DNA of 62,868 nucleotides, counting the filler, from Chrysochromulina tobinii (taxonomy: Eukaryota), in assembly GCA_001275005.1 (NCBI GenBank). It is 9 parts of 9 records of this genome, joined end to end, with 100 filler letters (N's around TTAATTAATTAA, not from the genome) between each part and the next. Parts side by side here need not be neighbours in the genome. Positions count along the whole stretch, not along the records: positions 55,295 to 59,293 come from JWZX01000469.1; positions 59,394 to 61,504 come from JWZX01000473.1; positions 61,605 to 62,868 come from JWZX01000490.1; 6 more parts are not named here. One strand, 5' to 3'. The translations under genes were made by a program, and so were the position numbers. Below, piece after piece: positions 57,790-62,868 of the stretch. The first letter of the stretch is position 1, and each line of letters starts with the position of its first letter. The notes beneath the pieces were generated by a model. That model saw nothing but the letters and a program-made list of their open reading frames with translations, ran no database searches and was not told where the DNA came from.

Positions 57790-58990
57790 ATCTCGAGTGC
57801 ACGCTCGATCGCTGCGGCTGCTGCGGCGGGTGAGAGCGCCATCACCCACATGCCAGGCAGCATCAACTCGAACGCCTCGAGATGCATGGTGAGAGCGGCC
57901 GCGAGCGACGGGCCGAACATGCCAATCCACATGTTCTGAAAACTAAGAAGATCGGCACGTCCTCACCGTAGATACGCTCCAAAAGGGCGGCAGCAGCTGA
58001 TCCATATCTCCCCACTCAGATGCAGTCGGTGGCAATCAGTGGCACTCAGTGGACAAAAAGAAGCACAGCCTGTGATCACAGGTAATCACAGGTAATCATA
58101 TGCAATCACAGGCAATCACAGGCAATCACAGGCAAGCACAGGCAGGCACAGGCAAGCACCTGCTTGGACACAAAGAGCAGGCAGGACAAGAGCCAGAGCA
58201 CTCGCCAGAAGGCACGCATCCCCAACATCTCGAGCACCGACTTGCCCGCGCTCCTCGCGTTAGCTCTTGGGCGAAGCGCAGCCATGTCGCTGAGACGCGG
58301 AGCCGGCACCGGCGCCGCCGCCCTTGCTGCCGCCGCTGGCGGCGGCGCTGCTGCGCTCTTCGAAAACCTCGTAATTGGAGATCTCATCCTGATCGTCCTC
58401 GACCTCAATTTCGCTGGCCGGCGTCAGCGGCGGTGGCTGCGCGGCCGCCGTCTTGGGCGCACCCGCGAGCCGCTGGGAGCACCCGCGAGCACGCTCCAAT
58501 GTCTGTCGGAGTGACAAAGCTCAGCGAGCAGCGGGCAGGTGACTGGGCCGGGCGAGGCTGAGCCCTTGGCAGCCTCGCGCTCGTCCTCATCGAAAAGGAC
58601 GAGGACGGTATCGTACAGGCACGCAACGGAGACGGCGAGCGCGGCGAGCACCGCCAGCCACGCGAAGGTCCGACCAGTACGTACCGCCGACTCAATGTCC
58701 GTCTTACGGAAAGTGTCGGCGGGCACATCGGCGAGGGCGCCCGCGAGGTTCAAGACGCCTTACTGGACGCTGAAGGCGATGCCGCGCGTCGTGGGCGTCG
58801 TCAGCTTCTTGAGTGCCACCGTGTAGATGTGGCCGCCGCCGCAGCCAGAGCAGCGCGAAGACCATGATGCTGCGCTCCGTGCGAAGGCGAGCAGGCCGCG
58901 GCTGACAGCAGCGACCGAGAGGGCGGCGATGGCGGTGTTGAGTACGCCCCACGAGCATCGCGCCGAGCTTGCCAAAGACTACCATGAGCC
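57790..58990 (-). pseudogene. MFS transporter pseudogene with a satellite-filled intron (~58015-58159)
   Basis: TM-rich fragments (TTPTTRGIAFSVQ*GVLNLAGALAD; AFWRVLWLLSCLLFVSKQ|WGDMDQLLPP; MWIGMFGPSLAAALT) with an in-frame TAA at 58760 and several frameshifts. Confidence 0.6.
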
Positions 58991-60211
58991 ACGTCTGCAG
59001 CATGTCAAGTCGGACGACATCGCTCGTAAACAGGGTTTTTTCTGCGACTTCGAAAAAGCTGAAAAATGCGACCAAGTGCGGAAAAGTTTCGCCGGGGGGT
59101 TTACCAACGACAAGGTCAAGGAAGCCTGCACAAATTTGACGAAAAAAGTGCAGTGCGTAATGTACTGTACCCGGTACAAACAGTGCCGTAGTCCGTCGAG
59201 ACGGTGTGGTGGTGTGAGTATTCAGGGGGTGATTGGTTTTCAGTGTGACGACGGGCGTGTTTTCGTGTTCACAAGTAAGAAGAGCTATCTACTNNNNNNN
59301 NNNNNNNNNNNNNNNNNNNNNNNNNNNNNNNNNNNNNTTAATTAATTAANNNNNNNNNNNNNNNNNNNNNNNNNNNNNNNNNNNNNNNNNNNNCAGGGGT
59401 CAAGGGTAGGGCAAGGGTTCGGGGCTAGACCTGAGGGGGCAGCGGCGGCCGCTCACATAGACGTGCACCCCGCGTGGTTTGGTGCCTGTGGGCTGGTCGA
59501 TAAACCCTCAGGGAATGAGACTGTGAGACCCTGAACGTGGTGTGACGCTCTAAGTGACGCTCCAAATGATAGTAAAATGATAGGCAGAGTGTACGATGCA
59601 TGCACCATAGGGCAGATCGCGCAACAGCTGTAGCTGTTCAAGACACACAACGCGCAAATCAACTATAACATTACAACACGCGCACACCGCAGCTACATGT
59701 ACATGTACACTGCAGCTGCAGCTTTTCAACCGAACACAACCGCGCGGCGCGAACACCAACACGCTCCGGACCCCTTTAAGCAGTTAAAGCACAGGAGCCA
59801 CTAATATCACGTATGGAAGGAGATGTGGCCGATAACGCGATATTCGCTGCGAGCTGTTCAACACAACGCGCATGACCTCCGGACCCCCAAGCACGAGCAG
59901 GGCCTGAGTCTCTTGGCCTGTCTACATGTACGCTCAGGGTCTACGCTATGGCTATGGACATAGGTGTGACCGACACGGCCCCAAGGGGGTTCGGTCGGAT
60001 CCGGGGTTGTGGCTGAGTCGGCCGCGGATTCGGTCGTGCTCGGCTTGCTGCTCGCGCGGTCGTGTGCTGTGTGTGGCTTGGTGTGTTGGTGCTACAGTCT
60101 TCCCCCACCAATAAGAAAACACCACAATAAGAAACTACGGCAAGCAAAAGTGCCATGGGGCTCTAAGAAAACAGCCCATGGCTAGAGGTGAGGGCCCGCT
60201 GGTCACCCTCT

Positions 60212-60657
60212 CTACATGTCCGCGTCCATGTGCTCCGCGGGGCCCGGGTCCGCAAGCGTGTGCGCCTCGCGCGGGCCCGGCTCTATTGGGACTGCGGCGT
60301 CGCTTGCCAACAAGACCCACTCACTGTCATAGTCATGCAGGCGCAAAACTGTCTTCACAGTCTGCTGGTCGATCTCGTAGAAGATGAGAAAGTTCACTTT
60401 CACTCGCTCACCGTCAATCGTCTTGAAAGAGCGCCCATCAGTGTTGCGCTCCACGACCTGTCCCACGCACCAGCCCACCACCGGCCAGTTGTAGAGAATT
60501 GATTTGCCGACCAGTGCATCACCTGGCGCCTCCTTCTCCTTGCTGAAGGCAAGCTGCTCTGCACTCGGCGGTCCATCCGCGATCTAGTTGAAGCCCGGCG
60601 GAGCCTCGCGGTGGCGCGGGCGGCACGTCGTCCACCTTGGCGAGGAATTGAGACATC
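60212..60657 (-). pseudogene. degenerate Tudor/SH3-like beta-barrel ORF, probably transposon-associated
   Basis: LVGKSILYNWPVVGWCVGQV...VNFLIFYEID...YDSEWVLL, with an upstream stop/frameshift and short repeats on both sides. Confidence 0.45.
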
Positions 60658-60919
60658 GTCGAAACAACACGCGAACGCGACCGTGCGCGGCGCTCGCCTC
60701 GTACATGTAAGTTTGCGACAAAGGTCAGCGCTGTCCCAAAATGTATTAGCGCGCGACGCCCCTTCAGTACAGTCTTCCCCCCCTTAAAAATATGTAAGAA
60801 AACGCCCAACACGACGGGACGTGGTCGGCCGGCCCGCTAAGAAACCAGCCCATGGTGCGCCAAAGGCGCTAAAAAACTACGGCAAGCCTAAAATCCCTGT
60901 TTTCTTATTGGGGGGGGAA

Positions 60920-61368
60920 GACTGTATCCTGATGTATCCCAAATGTATCTTAAATGCCCTGTTACATTCCAAGAGAATACATGTATCTTGATATTTTGCA
61001 TGTATTTTACACGTATCCCAAACGAGTCCAGGATACATTTTGGGATACACATCAGATACATCAAGATACATGTATCTTGGGCGCTTCCTTGGTGTCACAC
61101 TGGATACATGATTACATGTCAGGATACATTAGGATACATGTATCTTGGATTCTTCATCACGATACATCAGGATACACCGGGATACAAAAATACAAAATTA
61201 AGATACATGTATCTGATACGAAGGCGACATGCGGGATACATGCAGGATACATACGGGATACGTGCGGGATACATGTATCCTCAGTGGCAATCAAGATACA
61301 ATCCAGATACATTCTGGATCCATGCAAGATACATGCGGGTAACATGCGGGATACATGCGGGATACGTA
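60920..61368. repeat. dense GGATACATG/CATGTATC direct and inverted repeats; probable DNA-transposon subterminal region
   Basis: Many GATAC/GTATC cores, including the palindrome GATACATGTATC, in an AT-rich block. Confidence 0.75.
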
Positions 61369-61604
61369 AATCTCGGGGGTTGGGGGAATGTTTTGATGCC
61401 ATCATCGTGTGCAGCACACACCTATGAGGCCACCCATTGGGTCCTTGAGCAGTAGTGGGTCAACTCCAGCACTCTGCAGCTCCTCATGTACTTGATGGCC
61501 GCAANNNNNNNNNNNNNNNNNNNNNNNNNNNNNNNNNNNNNNNNNNNNTTAATTAATTAANNNNNNNNNNNNNNNNNNNNNNNNNNNNNNNNNNNNNNNN
61601 NNNN

Positions 61605-62868
61605 CTCGATGAAGACGAAGCGAGAGAATTCGTCGATGACGAAGACGACGTAGCGGTAGCCACCGACGGAGAGCACCAGCTCCTTGAGGTCGCGTTCCGG
61701 ACTTCCACTACACGCTGCTGTCGGTCACGCAGCTCTGGCAGGAGCAGCGCATCGACGCCCGATTCGCCGACAGCCGCTCTCTCCACCTGCCTAACGGGTT
61801 GCGCTTCCCGTACCTCGGGCGCACGTTGATGAGCGCGCGGTGGTGCGGCGTGAGCGAGCCGGTGCAGCCGGAGTCCACGGCACCAATGATGATGAGGTCT
61901 GTGGATGTGCGAGCGCCGCGGAGCTCGGCGGCCGTGAGCTTGTCCGAGGCGAGGAGGACACGCTCCGTGGCGCCATCGAGAGGTGGAAGCCATTGCCCGC
62001 GGTAGGGCAGGTCGACCGTCGAAGGCGCGATGAGGCGGAAGAGAGGCGAGCGGGCGGCATTGTGCGGGGAACTGGTGCCGAGACGGCGCGTTGAACCAGT
62101 GCACTGGTTCAAAACGCCGTGTTGGGCGCGAACCGAATTCATCGTCCCCGGGGGAACCGAAGTTGATCGAGACGGTGTTGGGGCTCGGTGGCGTAGAAAA
62201 GTATAGGCGGAGTCAGACTTAGACTCGACACCGGTACCCGCCACGGCCCCCCCGTTCACGACGATCTGGCTAAGGAGCGCCGAGATGGCGGCCATGGCGT
62301 CGGATGGGAGGAGGCCGGGAATGGGCGGCGCCGCGGCGAGCGCCTCCTTCTTGGCCTTCTTGGCGGCCTTCTCCTTGGACTTGGGGCAGTCCTTGAAGAG
62401 GTGCTTGCCGCCACCGACGCCGCAGCGGCAGAGGGCCATGCCTTCGACCCACGCCGTGGGCTTGCCGTCGGCGCCGCGCGGACGTTCACCGGCGGCTTCT
62501 TGTCCTTGTCCTCGCCGGCCTTGGTCTTGGCGGGGTCGGCCACGGCCTGGAGCGTGGACATGAGGGCGGAGAGGCGCCCGTCGGACGTGCTGATGGTGGA
62601 GAGGAGCTGCTGGAGCGCCTTGTCCTGGTTCGGGGCGAAGCGGTTGGCGAAGAGGCCGAGGCTCTTGGCGGGAGACGCGGTGGCCGAATTGACTTCGTCG
62701 ATCTCCTCGCAGCGCGCGCGCCCGCGGAGGATGGAGGAGAGCAGGCCCACCGCGGAGTCTAGGTTGGTTGGCGGCGTTGCCGTCCGCTTGATGTCGTAGA
62801 TTTCGCGCACCGAGGGGTCCTTGACGGCGATGAGGTCGATCATGTCGACCTCGGCGGCGTCGCTCTGG
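61605..62868 (-). mobile_element. degenerate, internally deleted copia-like gag-pol
   Basis: Gag-like helices, knuckle CRCGVGGGKHLFKDCPK, protease AVDSGCTGS, then abruptly the integrase DLKELVLSVGGYRYVVFVIDEFSRFVFIE. Frameshifts lie between the parts. Confidence 0.8.

Overview
This is high-GC eukaryotic DNA, most likely a haptophyte alga (Chrysochromulina/Prymnesiales-like). That assignment is an inference from GC content, intron style and gene content. The window is nine contigs joined by artificial 100-nt linkers (N44-TTAATTAATTAA-N44), so adjacency across linkers is not evidence of linkage. Recognisable genes are a plasmepsin-V-like aspartic protease, a TMEM39-like protein, MCM6, an ankyrin-TTLL fusion, an RCC1-repeat protein, a tropomodulin-LRR/MICAL-monooxygenase fusion, an RPAP3-like TPR protein, a TKL-like kinase, a CNBD K+ channel, an ABC1 kinase, a SAC3/LENG8-like protein, an IQ/SnoaL-repeat protein, a HET-like/LRR protein and tRNA-Leu(AAG). 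There are also two copia fragments, an MFS pseudogene and several repeats. Three signals stand out. (1) Three spliceosomal introns are bracketed by 18-23-nt direct duplications of their own CAG|G splice junction and filled with telomere-like or GCCACTGA-type satellite repeats, suggesting an ongoing intron-birth mechanism. (2) A tropomodulin-like actin-capping LRR is fused to a MICAL-type actin-oxidising flavoenzyme. (3) A tRNA-Leu gene is followed by two reiterated 3' halves that bracket ~1.15 kb of cargo, like an att-site integration. All family calls come from motif recognition by eye; no searches were run.
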